NCBI GenBank assembly: GCA_030390025.1
Contig: JASTWF010000121.1
Location: 558,001-622,000 of the forward strand
Origin: Squalus acanthias
Taxonomy: Eukaryota
Direction of reading: 5' to 3'
Length of the DNA: 64,000 nt
Shown: positions 1-10,059 of the stretch, piece after piece
Layout of the letters: every line of letters begins with the position of its first letter
How positions within the stretch are numbered: position 1 is the stretch's first letter
The notes under the pieces: model-generated
Databases searched by the model: none
What the model was told of the DNA's origin: nothing
What the model saw: only the letters and a program-made list of their open reading frames with translations
Program-made: the position numbers and the translations under genes

Positions 1-150
1 GAAGTTATGCTGCAGCTATACAGAGCCCTGGTTAGACCACACCTGGAGCACTGTGAGCAGTTCTGGGCACAAGTCTCATGGAGTGGGGCTTGAACCCACG
101 ACCTTCTGACTCAGAGGAGAGAGTGCTACCAACTGAGCCATGGCTGACCC
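1..150. mobile_element. CR1 RT fragment (+, 1-70) abutting the tRNA-derived head of a SINE (-, ~71-150)
   Basis: 1-70 reads [23 protein letters not shown], matching other CR1 copies in the window. 71-150 is the reverse complement of a SINE head like the one at 55375-55460. Confidence 0.7.
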
Positions 151-1174
151 TTGGAGCTGTGGTTCCACTCTAGCCTCTGAGAGACGGACAAGTGTTAGCT
201 TTGAGTGGCTGGTGAGAAGAGTTACAGTTTCTCATGCAGAGTGTGTGGGGTGAGGTAGAGGTTTGAAGGGAAAAAGAAGCCGATATGATGTGAAGAAAGC
301 CTGCACGGTGTCTCCTCCAGCATTGTCACAAAAGTGACTCTCCCCCTGCCCGTGGGGCTGTAGGAGAGTGGGGGAGGGGAGTGTTGTGAGTAATGAGGCT
401 GCAGGTGTGAGGAGAGAGTAGTTGAGGTGAGAGGTAAGATTCTTACCGTGACAACTCCGCTGAGGACATTTAAATATTTTTTGTATTGCAGTCATGTCCT
501 GTGAGCTAAGCTGGCATTAATCTCCTCTGCTGCCTTTCCCCACTGTTGATGGAGGTGTTGCCTGGAGGACACCACCTGTCCACCACCCGAAACAGGGCCG
601 CCAATGCATCATCGGAGAACCTGATGGCCCGATCTGTGGGTCTGGCAGCCATTTCTGTGTTAACAATTGCTCCCTGGTGTCTGCGGTCAGTGTGCGCTTC
701 CGCTTTAATAGGTGCAGGCCGCCTTTCAGTGATGTGAAAGACACCTGATTTCCCACCTTCCCAAGTAGGCATGCAGCCAATGAATAGCATGGATAGTGCT
801 GGCTGCACACCTGTGTCAAAATCATAACCTCCCAGCACCAGCTTTATGTTGTCCCTGGGACCACTGAACAGGCACGTGCATCACCCGCCCTGCTCTCTCT
901 ACCTGAGTGGGGAAGATAATGGGACTTTCTTCCATGGTGAAGCTAGTGGGAAGAGGAGCTGGGGCCAGAATAGACCTAAACAGGTAAGTTTTTTAAACAT
1001 TCCTTATGGGGCCAGGAGGGGCAGGACAGTTTCCTTGGGCAGCACAAGGGATGTTTAGGCCTCCCCTGCCCCGGGCTCTCTCTGTTCCCCATCGCGAGAC
1101 CCTCCAGAATCACCCTGCACCGCGACTTACCTGAGTGCTGGGAACCATTGCTTCGATTGCGCCCGGCAGCCTCC

Positions 1175-1327
1175 GAGAGATTTTTGGACTTTAGGTGAAT
1201 CAAGGGATCTGGGGATCGGGCGGGAAAGTGGAGTTGAGGTCAAAGATCAGCCATGATCTTATTGAATGGCGGAGCTGGCTCGAGGGGCCGAATGGCCAAC
1301 TCCGGCTCCAATTCTTATGTTCTTATG
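1175..1327 (+). mobile_element. CR1 LINE 3' end fragment
   Basis: gatcagccatgatcttattgaatggcggag...ttcttatgttcttatg tail, shared with many CR1 ends in the window. Confidence 0.8.
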
Positions 1328-1490
1328 CTGCTTCCTGCCAGTTTTGGGCAGGTAACTCAGTGGGGGCACGCAGATGAGGTTTGGGAGTTAACATCGCCCG
1401 GGCCACAGGCTTCCATGGTTGAGGGGAGGTTTGGCACTTGTGTCGGCCTCCCACCCGCTTGTTTCCTGCTCTGTGTTAAAATTTGGGTTT

Positions 1491-1668
1491 GGGGTTAAAT
1501 TTAACCTCACCTGCCCATTGGGAAACTGACGGTATCAGGTGGAACGCCAGTTTCACACCCCGCCCGATATTACTGTCCAAATAGAGAGTGAAATCTGGCT
1601 GGGTGTGAAACCAGCGTTGCACCTGATCACGTCAGTTTCCCGATGGGCAGGTTGGTAAAAGTTGCCCC
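1491..1668. mobile_element. Hairpin (palindromic) MITE with GGGG...CCCC termini
   Basis: Left arm cctgcccattgggaaactgacggtatcaggtggaacgccagtttcacaccc is the near reverse complement of right arm gggtgtgaaaccagcgttgcacctgatcacgtcagtttcccgatgggcagg. A related copy lies at 45337-45514. Confidence 0.75.
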
Positions 1669-1669
1669 C

Positions 1670-2215
1670 AGAGTGACTGAGCACTTGGACAAGTATGAGC
1701 TGATCAAAGAGAGTCAGCATGGATTGTGAAGGGTCGGTCATGTCTGGCTCATCTAGTTGAACTGTTTGATGAGGTCACTAGCAGGGTGGATAGGGGAGGG
1801 TCTATAAATGTTGTCTATATGGACTTCCAGAAGGCATTTGATAAGGTTCCGCACAAGAGGTTATTAGCAAAAATGAAAATGCACATTCGAGGTAACCTTG
1901 TGAGCTGGGTTGGTAATTGGTAGGGAGGTCGGAGACAGAGAGTAGGGATAAGGTGACCCTACACTGATTGGAAGGATGTGACAAGTGGTGTACTGCAGGG
2001 ATCTGAACCGGGGCCTCAGCTTTTCACCATTATATTAATAACTTGGATGGAGGAATAGAGAGTTGAATATCCGAGCTTGCAGATGATACTAAGTTAAGAG
2101 GCACAGTAACTTTTGTAGATGGGAGCAGGAAGTTATAAAGGGAAATAGACAGTCTAATTGAGTGGGCAAAACTGTGGCAGATGGAGTTTAATATAGGCCA
2201 GTGAGGTCATCCATT
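1670..2215 (+). mobile_element. Degraded CR1 ORF2 (RT) fragment
   Basis: GRSCLAHLVELFDEVT...[18 protein letters not shown], followed by the ADDTKL region with frameshifts. Confidence 0.85.
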
Positions 2216-2457
2216 TTGCCTACATTCCTACATTACAACAGTGACTACACTTCAAAAGTGTTTCATTGGCTGTAAAGCGCTTTGGGATGTCCTGAGCTTG
2301 CGAAAGGCGCTATATAAATGCAAGTCTTTCTTTTTTATCTCTTCACTTATTGTCAGCTGCAAACTTCGATATACTCTATTTCATCATCCAAGTCATTAAT
2401 AAATATGGTGAAAAGTTAAGGCTCCAGACCAGTTCCCTGAGGAACACCACTTGTCAC

Positions 2458-2672
2458 TGACGTAATAAAGACTCACTACGCACTTGAACATAAAGCAAGG
2501 CTTTAATCAACTTGTAACAAAACATGGAGGTCTAGTTAGCAGTCACTAGCTTCCTGTTTCCAGATTGTCTCTGCCCAAGGTGGGCCCATGCCTGAGTATT
2601 TATACTCCCTGGACGGCGCCCCAGCTGGCCGCCCAGTAGTACTTCCTGAGTTGTTACTTGCGATTTATGACA
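2458..2672 (-). repeat. 3' LTR of the gypsy element
   Basis: 215-bp direct repeat of 6754-6968. Confidence 0.95.
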
Positions 2673-2710
2673 TTCTTCCTCCCTAAAAGGTTTGGAAGTC
2701 CAGTCTTCCT

Positions 2711-4260
2711 TTAACGGACTAGGCGGACCAGAAATAGCCGCAGACGTTTAGCTCTCTGCTTGTGACTGGAAGGCACGTCTCCCCGGACCGTGTCCTGGTC
2801 CCTGGGTCGCTTGGCCCGTACCGGTAAGTCAGTAGAGTCCGCGTCATCTTGATCATCCTGTGGAGGACTGGGAATATCATGACTCCGGGTGCGGGTCCCC
2901 ACAGGTGCTGAGCTGGCCTCATCCCGGGTCGTGGCTGGAGATTGTCCGGCGTCCTGGTTTCGGGTGGCCATCCTACGGGGAGCGTCCAGCTCCCTGAGTT
3001 GATCCGGTAGCGTTGCCGGCAGATCCCCCGATGTCCCAGGCGGGGCGTCATTTTCATAGGGGTGCGGAGTATTGATATCATTGTCGGGGGATCCTTCATC
3101 ATTCGGGCCCGTGTGACCGGTTGGGCAGGGAGCCAGATCTTGGAGCGAGACGGTGGTCTCCCGGCCATCAGGGTACCGTACGTGCGCATACGTGGGGTTT
3201 ACCTCCGTTAACTCCACCTCGTCAACGAGAGGGTCGTTTTTGGCAGACCGGACGAACCTCCGGAGTAGCACCGGGCCTGGAGCCACCAACCATGACGGTA
3301 GAGACGTCCCATGTGTAGAGCGACGCCGGAATTTGAAGAATCGCTCATGAGGCGTGACATTAGTAGATGTGGAGAGAAGAGACCTGATAGAGTGTAACGC
3401 GTCGGGGAGCACCGTTTCCCACTGCTGGTCCGGCAGGTTGCGTGACCTTAGTGCCAGACGGACAGCGTTCCAGATGATGGCATTGTATCGTTCAACCTGT
3501 CCGTTACCGATTGGGTGATATGGTGTCGTCCTACTTGAGGCGATTCCCCGTTGGGAGAGATAACTTTTAAGTTCACTCGACATAAAGGAGGGACCCCGAT
3601 CAGTGTGGATAAAATTGGCCGTCCCGCAAAGGGAAAAGACCTGATCGAGGCATTTAATTACCGTAGAGGTAAGCATATTAGGGCAGGGGAAGGCGAAGGG
3701 AAAGCGTGAATACTCGTCCACCATCGTAAGTAGGTAGGTGTTCCTTGTCGACGAAGGCAATGGCCCTTTAAAGTCTATGCTGAGCCTCTGCATAGGCTGC
3801 ATTGCATGTATGAGTAAGCCATCTGATGGGCGAAAGAATTGTGGTTTCAATTCTGCACAAATCCTACAGGAGGAGCATGTTTTCTTTATGTCCTCGGTTG
3901 AAAATGGTAGATTTTTGGAGCGCACAAAGTGCAACATGCGGGTCACACCAGGATGGCATAAGTCCATATGCAAATCCGCCAGAGTCGACGTTGACATTGA
4001 GGAGCAAAATGCCCGTGTGAAGGTATCTGGGGCCACGTTCTGTTTGCCGGGTCGGTAACAGATAGTATATCCAAAGGCAGCCAGCTCCATCCTCCAGAGT
4101 TGAATTTTATTATTTTTGATTTTCGTGCGCCTCCGGTTATCCAACATGAAGGCCACAGAGCGCTGGTCAGTTATAAGCGTAAAATGACGCCGAGCAAGAA
4201 AATGACCCCATTGGCGTACAGCCTCGATGATGGCCGTAGCCTCCTTCTCGACGGGGGGGG
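2711..4260 (-). CDS. pol: Pol part 2: RNase H C-terminal half and DDE integrase
   Basis: PVEKEATAIIEAVRQW...TDQRSV RNase H; H-x4-H...CSSC zinc domain; SIDFKGP / HTDRGPSF / GQVERYN DDE triad. Confidence 0.93.
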
Positions 4261-6653
4261 TAATGGAGCTCGCTACCCTGCAAGGTTCTGGATAGGAATG
4301 CCACGGGTCGGCCACCTTGATTCAAGGTAGCGGAGATCGCCACCTCCGATGCATCGCATTCGACCACAAAAGGAAGATTTTCGTCAATGGAGCGAAGCGT
4401 GGCTTTCTCCAGCTGTCGTTTGAGGAGGTTGAAGGCAGAAATAGCCGTAGCTTCCAATGGAAAAGACTTCGCATGGAGCAGGGGCTGTATTTTATCGGAG
4501 AAGTGTGGTATCCATTTTGCGTAATAAGCAAACATGCCAAGTGCCCGACGAAGAGAGCCGAGGTTCGTCGGGGGAGGGAGCTCCTGAAGTGGACGAAGTC
4601 GCTCTGGGTCCGGTTTAATAACACCGTTGCCCACCCAGTAGCCAAGAATGTTCACCGATGGCACCGACTTCACCGATTTGGATTCGTTTAACGTTAAGTG
4701 GCGATGGCGGAGTACGTCAAAAAATCTCTGAAGATTGGCGTCATGCTCCTTTTGATCATGGCCGGCAATAGTGATATTGTCTAAATACGGAAAGGTATCC
4801 GTCAAGTTCTCTTGCCGGACTAGGCCATCCATGGCCCGTTGGAAGACGGCCACCCCATTGGTGACCCCGAATGGAAGGCGGCGAAACTGGAAAAGCCGAC
4901 CATTGGCCTCAAAGGCCGTATACTTCTTGTCGGAGTCTTGCAGTGGCACCTGATGGTACGCGCTTTTTAAATCGAAGGTCGAGAATACCTTGTATTTGGC
5001 AAGGTTGTTGACCATGTCATCTATGCGTGGCAGCGGGTAGGCATCCAGATCGGTATATAGATTAATAGTCTGCGAATAATCGATACACAGACGTTTTTTA
5101 TGTTGTTTTAAGGGATTCCTCACGATGACGACCTGAGCCCGCCAGGGAGATGAACATGGCTCGATAATACCGTCGACTAAAAGGCGAGAGATTTCCGCCT
5201 CAATAAACGCTCGATCATCTTGGCTAAAGCGCCGCGATTTGGTGGCTATGGGTTTACAGCGGGGGGGAAGATTGGCAAACAGGGAGGGTTCACCGAGTAA
5301 GGCCGCCGAGAGTGCACAAAACGGCACCTTAGAAATGGTAAGCTCCGGCCTTGACCCTCCAAACTCAAAAGTGATCTTCTTATGCTGCTTCTGGAAGTCC
5401 TGTCCCAGAAGCACATCGCTGCATAAGTTTGCGAGTACTCCGAGCCGGGTGGAGAGATACGTGCGGCCGTTGAGGATGAGGTTGACCAGACAGAAGCCAG
5501 AAGAATTGGTGGTCAGAGTCGTCAGAGCCATTGCAATCTCCCTGTCCGAGGGATAAATGTGCAGTTTTAACCTGTTGACAGCCCGCTTACTAATGAAGCT
5601 GTCAGAGCTGCAGGAGTCGATTAGCGCGCTTAGAGTGTGCCCATTTACTGAAACCTTCGTGGCTGCATGGGACAAACTTTGGGGAAAAACAGCCGTGATG
5701 GGAGGAGGGTCAATTTTCCCTTCGGCAACTGTAGCCTTAACAGTAGTTCTTGGGGGAGGAGCAGCTCCATAGATAGCAGCTGTGAAGCTAACAGGAGCTC
5801 TCGACCGGTATACTTTAGAGGAGCGGCCTTTCTTGTTAGCAAAGGCCCGTGACTGGCATACCTTGGAAAAGTGTCCTTTCTTGCTGCAATGATTGCAGGT
5901 CACATTACGAGCCGGGCAAAATTTTCTGTGATGGCACGCCCCTCCACAAAAGAAACACTTTCTTCCTGATTGCCAGGATGCTGCTAGGGCGGGGTCGTCA
6001 TCAGCGAAGGCCTCTAGGGTAGGGTCGTCGTCCGTTAGAGTAGAGTCAACATCAGTGGGGGCATCCGCCCGAGACCTACCGAAAGACTCATTAAAGGAGA
6101 TAGCCGCCGCCCGTGCACGTGGTGGGAGATAAGTGTCTGCATTTTTCTTGGCCAAGTCCAAGGAACACGCCTGGTCATAAGCAGCCCGTAAATTGAGGGT
6201 TTTATTTTCCAGCAGGCGCTGACGTATAAAAGGGGACGCGATTCCATTGATAAAGGAATCGCGGATTAGTTCCTCTTGATACTGTTCAGCTGAAACTGCT
6301 TTAAGGTTACAATCCTTGCTGAGCCTGCGAAGTTTCTGGAGAAATTCATCGAGTGATTCCCCAGGCTGCTGCCGAGTTGTGGCCAGTAGGTGTCGAGCAA
6401 AGATTTCATTTGGGGACTTGACATATAGCTGCTGTAAGATTTCGATAGCAGTGTCATAGTCTATACAGTCCTCAATATAATCATACACATGAGGAGACAC
6501 GTAGTTGATAAGCATTCGTAACTTATTAGGGACATCTGCCCCACATTCTTCAAGAAAGTTGCTAAAGGTACGAAACCAATGCTTCCATACCTTTGCTGCC
6601 GCAGGTGCATTCGGGTCCAGGTCGAGACGAGCGGGTCTAAGGAGTTTTTCCAT
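4167..6653 (-). CDS. gag-pol: Gag-Pol polyprotein, part 1: gag with zinc knuckles, aspartic protease, reverse transcriptase, start of RNase H
   Basis: CFFCGGACHHRKFC and CNHCSKKGHFSKVC knuckles; LIDSCS protease site; RLCIDYS, FDLKSAYHQ, LPFGVTNG and YLDN RT motifs; VECDAS RNase H motif. The frame is lost at the C8 run (4253-4260). Confidence 0.93.
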   Translation of the reverse strand: MEKLLRPARLDLDPNAPAAAKVWKHWFRTFSNFLEECGADVPNKLRMLINYVSPHVYDYIEDCIDYDTAIEILQQLYVKSPNEIFARHLLATTRQQPGESLDEFLQKLRRLSKDCNLKAVSAEQYQEELIRDSFINGIASPFIRQRLLENKTLNLRAAYDQACSLDLAKKNADTYLPPRARAAAISFNESFGRSRADAPTDVDSTLTDDDPTLEAFADDDPALAASWQSGRKCFFCGGACHHRKFCPARNVTCNHCSKKGHFSKVCQSRAFANKKGRSSKVYRSRAPVSFTAAIYGAAPPPRTTVKATVAEGKIDPPPITAVFPQSLSHAATKVSVNGHTLSALIDSCSSDSFISKRAVNRLKLHIYPSDREIAMALTTLTTNSSGFCLVNLILNGRTYLSTRLGVLANLCSDVLLGQDFQKQHKKITFEFGGSRPELTISKVPFCALSAALLGEPSLFANLPPRCKPIATKSRRFSQDDRAFIEAEISRLLVDGIIEPCSSPWRAQVVIVRNPLKQHKKRLCIDYSQTINLYTDLDAYPLPRIDDMVNNLAKYKVFSTFDLKSAYHQVPLQDSDKKYTAFEANGRLFQFRRLPFGVTNGVAVFQRAMDGLVRQENLTDTFPYLDNITIAGHDQKEHDANLQRFFDVLRHRHLTLNESKSVKSVPSVNILGYWVGNGVIKPDPERLRPLQELPPPTNLGSLRRALGMFAYYAKWIPHFSDKIQPLLHAKSFPLEATAISAFNLLKRQLEKATLRSIDENLPFVVECDASEVAISATLNQGGRPVAFLSRTLQGSELHYPPRREGGYGHHRGCTPMGSFSCSASFYAYN

Positions 6654-6753
6654 GATGGATCAGTTTCTTGCCCAAGTTCCCTTCTGTGGTTCGAGTTGCA
6701 GCTGGTTGTTCCGAATCACCCAAAGCGTGGAGACGATATCAAGTTGATTGAAT

Positions 6754-6968
6754 TGACGTAATAAAGACTCACTACGCACTTGAACATAAAGCAAGGCTTT
6801 AATCAACTTGTAACAAAACATGGAGGTCTAGTTAGCAGTCACTAGCTTCCTGTTTCCAGATTGTCTCTGCCCAAGGTGGGCCCATGCCTGAGTATTTATA
6901 CTCCCTGGACGGCGCCCCAGCTGGCCGCCCAGTAGTACTTCCTGAGTTGTTACTTGCGATTTATGACA
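6754..6968 (-). repeat. 5' LTR of the gypsy element (TATAAATA at 6893-6900 and ATTAAA at 6798-6803 on the - strand)
   Basis: 215-bp direct repeat of 2458-2672, located upstream of the gag ATG at 6653. Confidence 0.95.
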
Positions 6969-6973
6969 GTCAC

Positions 6974-8470
6974 ATCCCGCCAATAGGAGTGAATTTCCTT
7001 TATCCCCACTCTATCTCCTACCTCCAAACAATTTCCAAACCAAGTCAGAAGCCATGCTCTCTCATTTTTGCTAATAATCTCACGTGAGGAACCTTATCGA
7101 ATGCCTTCTAGAAGTCTATGTAGACATCTTCCATAGACATGCCCTTATCTACCTTATTCGTAACCTGCTCAAAAAAATCAACTAGTTTACTCAGACATGA
7201 CACCCATAACAAAGCCATGCTGGCTCTCTCTGATCAGCTCATATTTGTTCAAGTGCTCGGTCGCTCTGTCCCTAATGACAGATGCTAGTGGCTTCCCCAC
7301 AACTGACGTTAAACTGACAGGCTATTAGTTACCTGATTTCTCTCTCCCACCCTTCTTAAATGTTGGAGTGAGGTTAGAAAATTTCCAATCAACAGCACAA
7401 TTCCAAAATAAAGAGAGCTTTGAAAGTATATGACTAATGCTTCTGCTAGTTACTCTCCTACTTCTTCAATGCCCTGGGGTGGAAACCATATCAGTTCTGG
7501 AGATTTATCTATTTGAAGTTCCATTATTTTCTCCATTGCCATTTCTAACTTGTATTGAATCCAATAAGTTGCTCCCATTTATTTTTAGTTTCCATTCTAT
7601 TACTAGTGTTTTATCCTCTTCCTCTGCTGTGAAAACAGATACAAAATACTCATTCAATAAATGTGCCATTACCTTTTGCCTATTACCGTATCACCTGCAT
7701 CACTTTTTAATGGGCCCACATCCCCGCTGTCCTGGCCAATATTTATCCCTCAATCAACATCACTAACAAAACAGATTATCTGCTCATTATCACATTGCTG
7801 TTGGTGGGAGCTTGCTGTGCGCAAATTGGCTGCCGTGTTTCCTACATTACAACAGTGACTACACTTCAAGAGTACTTCATTGGCTGTAAACGCTTTGAGA
7901 CATCCGGTGGTCATGAAAGGCGCTATAGAAATGCAAGTCTTTCTTTTCTTATATTTATAAAAACTTTTATCTATTAGCTTTTATATTACTTGCAATTCTT
8001 TTCGAATTCCCTTTCGCAGTTCTTAATATTTCTTTGTGTCCCTCTGTTGCTTTCCCTATTTCTCCATTGGATTACCACTTTGTTGTAAGCCACTTCTTTT
8101 AGCTTTATACTGTGACCTACCTCAGGTGTTGACCGTGGGTGCTTGACTTTACAAGTGGAACCGTTGCTCTTTAGGGGTAAGTATGCCATTATATTGTACT
8201 AAATACTTTGAATACCTCCCACAGGTAGGTTTACCCGTCAACACCTCATCCCAGTTTAACGTGTTCAGTTTACATTCCTTCAAAGTCGGCCTCACTTAGG
8301 TTTAAAACCTTGGTTTGTGTGATCTTTCTCCATCGAACTTAATGTCAAACTCTATCATCTTAGGGTCACTGTTTGTGAGATGCTCCCTCACTGACAGATT
8401 ATTAATTCTGGCTCGTTACTCATTACTAAATCTTAAATGGCCTGTTCCCTTGTTGGTTCTAAAACAGAAA
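6974..8470 (-). mobile_element. Old degraded CR1 (continuing from 2340-2457) with a DeuSINE fragment at ~7720-7950 (+)
   Basis: Reverse complement of CR1 RT motifs (gaaccttatcgaatgccttctagaagtctatgtagac). The SINE body and tail match 55600-55835. Confidence 0.7.
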
Positions 8471-8534
8471 ACTCTCCTGTACATAGAAATTCATTGCCAT
8501 GGGGTGGCACATCCACGTGGAACGTTGCCACTGA

Positions 8535-9546
8535 TTGTGAAGGGGATTGACAGAGTAGATGCTGAGAGGTTGTTTCCCCTGGCTGGAGAGTCTAGAACTC
8601 GGGGGCATAGTGTCAGGATAAGGGGTCGGCCATTTAAGACTGAGATGAGGAGGAATTTCTTCACTCATTGGGTTGTGAATCTTTGGAATTTTCTGCCCCA
8701 GAGGGCTGTGAATGCTCAGTCATTGAGTATATTGAGTGATACCCGCCCTCCTTCATGCTTCAGAGACATGGACCATGTACAGCAGGCACCTCAAAGCACT
8801 GGAGAGGTACCACCAACGCTGCCTCCGCAAGATCCTGCAAATCCATTGGCAGGATGGCGCACCAACGTCAGTATTCTCACTCAGGCCAACATCCCCAGCA
8901 TCGAAGCTTTGACCACACTCGATCAGCTCCGATGGACAGGCCACATCGTCTGCATGCCTGATACGAGACTCCCAAAACAAGCGCTCTAATCAGAGCTCCG
9001 ACATGGCAGGAGAGCCCCAGGTGGGCAGAGGAAATGCTTCAAGGGCACCCTCAAAGCCTCCTTGAAAAAGTGTAACATCCCCACTCACACCTGGGAATCC
9101 CTGGCCCAAGACTGCACAAAGTGGAGGAGAAGCATCCGGGAAGGCGTCGAACACCTCGAGTCTCTTCGCCAGGAGCAAGCGGAAGCCAAGCGCAAACAGC
9201 GGAAGGAGCGCACATCAAAACAAGCACCCCACTCACCCGCCCCTTCAACCCCCGTCTGCCCCACCTGTGACCGAGACTGTACATCTCGCATTGGACTCAT
9301 CAGTCACCTGAGAACCCATTTTTAGTGTGGAAGCAAGTCATCCTCGGTTCCGAGGGACTGAATAAGAATAAGAAGATATTCAAGGCTGAGATCGATAGAT
9401 TTTTGGACTCCAGGGGAATCAAGGGATACGGAGATCGGGCGGGAAAGTGGAGTTGAGTTCAATGACCAGCCATGATCTTATTGAATGGCGAAGCAGGCTC
9501 GAGGGACCGTATGGCCTACTCCTGCTCTTATTTCTTATGTTCTTAT
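8535..9546 (+). mobile_element. CR1 3' end split by an RTE-clade insertion
   Basis: KGIDRVDAERLFPLAGESRTRGHS...RRNFFT; the CR1 resumes at 9376 (atattcaaggctgag) and runs to a ttcttatg tail. Confidence 0.85.
8734..9375 (+). mobile_element. 5'-truncated RTE-like non-LTR retrotransposon with a C-terminal C2H2 finger
   Basis: QLRWTGHIVCMPDTRLPKQ...CPTCDRDCTSRIGLISHLRTH; (AAG)-type tail; ATATT duplication at 8729-8733 and 9376-9380. Confidence 0.85.
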
Positions 9547-9973
9547 TGGTTCTTCCTGTGTCCTGAGAAGTCCACTGTGCTCTCAAGCCAGCTCATCTCG
9601 TTTTTGCCCTAAAGTGGTCTGAATTTGATCTAGTTCAGTTTGCCGATGGTCTAATTCTTGCCCCACCTTCTTTGAGCTCTACCTTGGTTTGTCTTAACCT
9701 TGGAGTTGCCTCAGCACATTTTCCTTCTCCATCATTGCCTCTTTCCATGCTTTAGCTCATTTTGGCTTTGTATTCACATTGCTACTCCTGTGTTTATTCA
9801 CTTGATGTTCAGAGCTGGTCTTTTTCTTGACTTCTGCCTCCTTGTCACAGATTTCTGAATCTGTTTTGGTGAACTCGTGCCTAATCTATTTACAGTCACT
9901 TTAGTTTTGGGCGGCAGAGGCCCTGAGTGCGGTTTAAACAGAGTGCTGCGAGTTGGGAATTGATTCTTACTTT

Positions 9974-10043
9974 GCGAACTCATTTTTAATGTGGAAGCAA
10001 GTCATCCTCGGTTCCGAGGAACTGCCTAAGAAGAAGAGAAGGG
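9974..10043 (+). mobile_element. 70-bp 3'-tail-only copy of the same RTE family
   Basis: Matches 9311-9375 (gtggaagcaagtcatcctcggttccgagg). Flanked by a 10-bp TSD TTCTTACTTT at 9964-9973 and 10044-10053. Confidence 0.85.
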
Positions 10044-10059
10044 TTCTTACTTTACACCA

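Larger units (their letters stand above)
2458..6968 (-). mobile_element. Full-length Ty3/gypsy-type LTR retrotransposon (4511 bp), very recent insertion into a CR1 remnant
   Basis: Two 215-bp LTRs (2458-2672, 6754-6968), identical by eye, with TG...CA ends. 5-bp TSD GTCAC at 2453-2457 and 6969-6973. Polypurine tract AGGGAGGAAGAA on the - strand next to the 3' LTR. Domain order gag-PR-RT-RH-IN. Confidence 0.97.
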
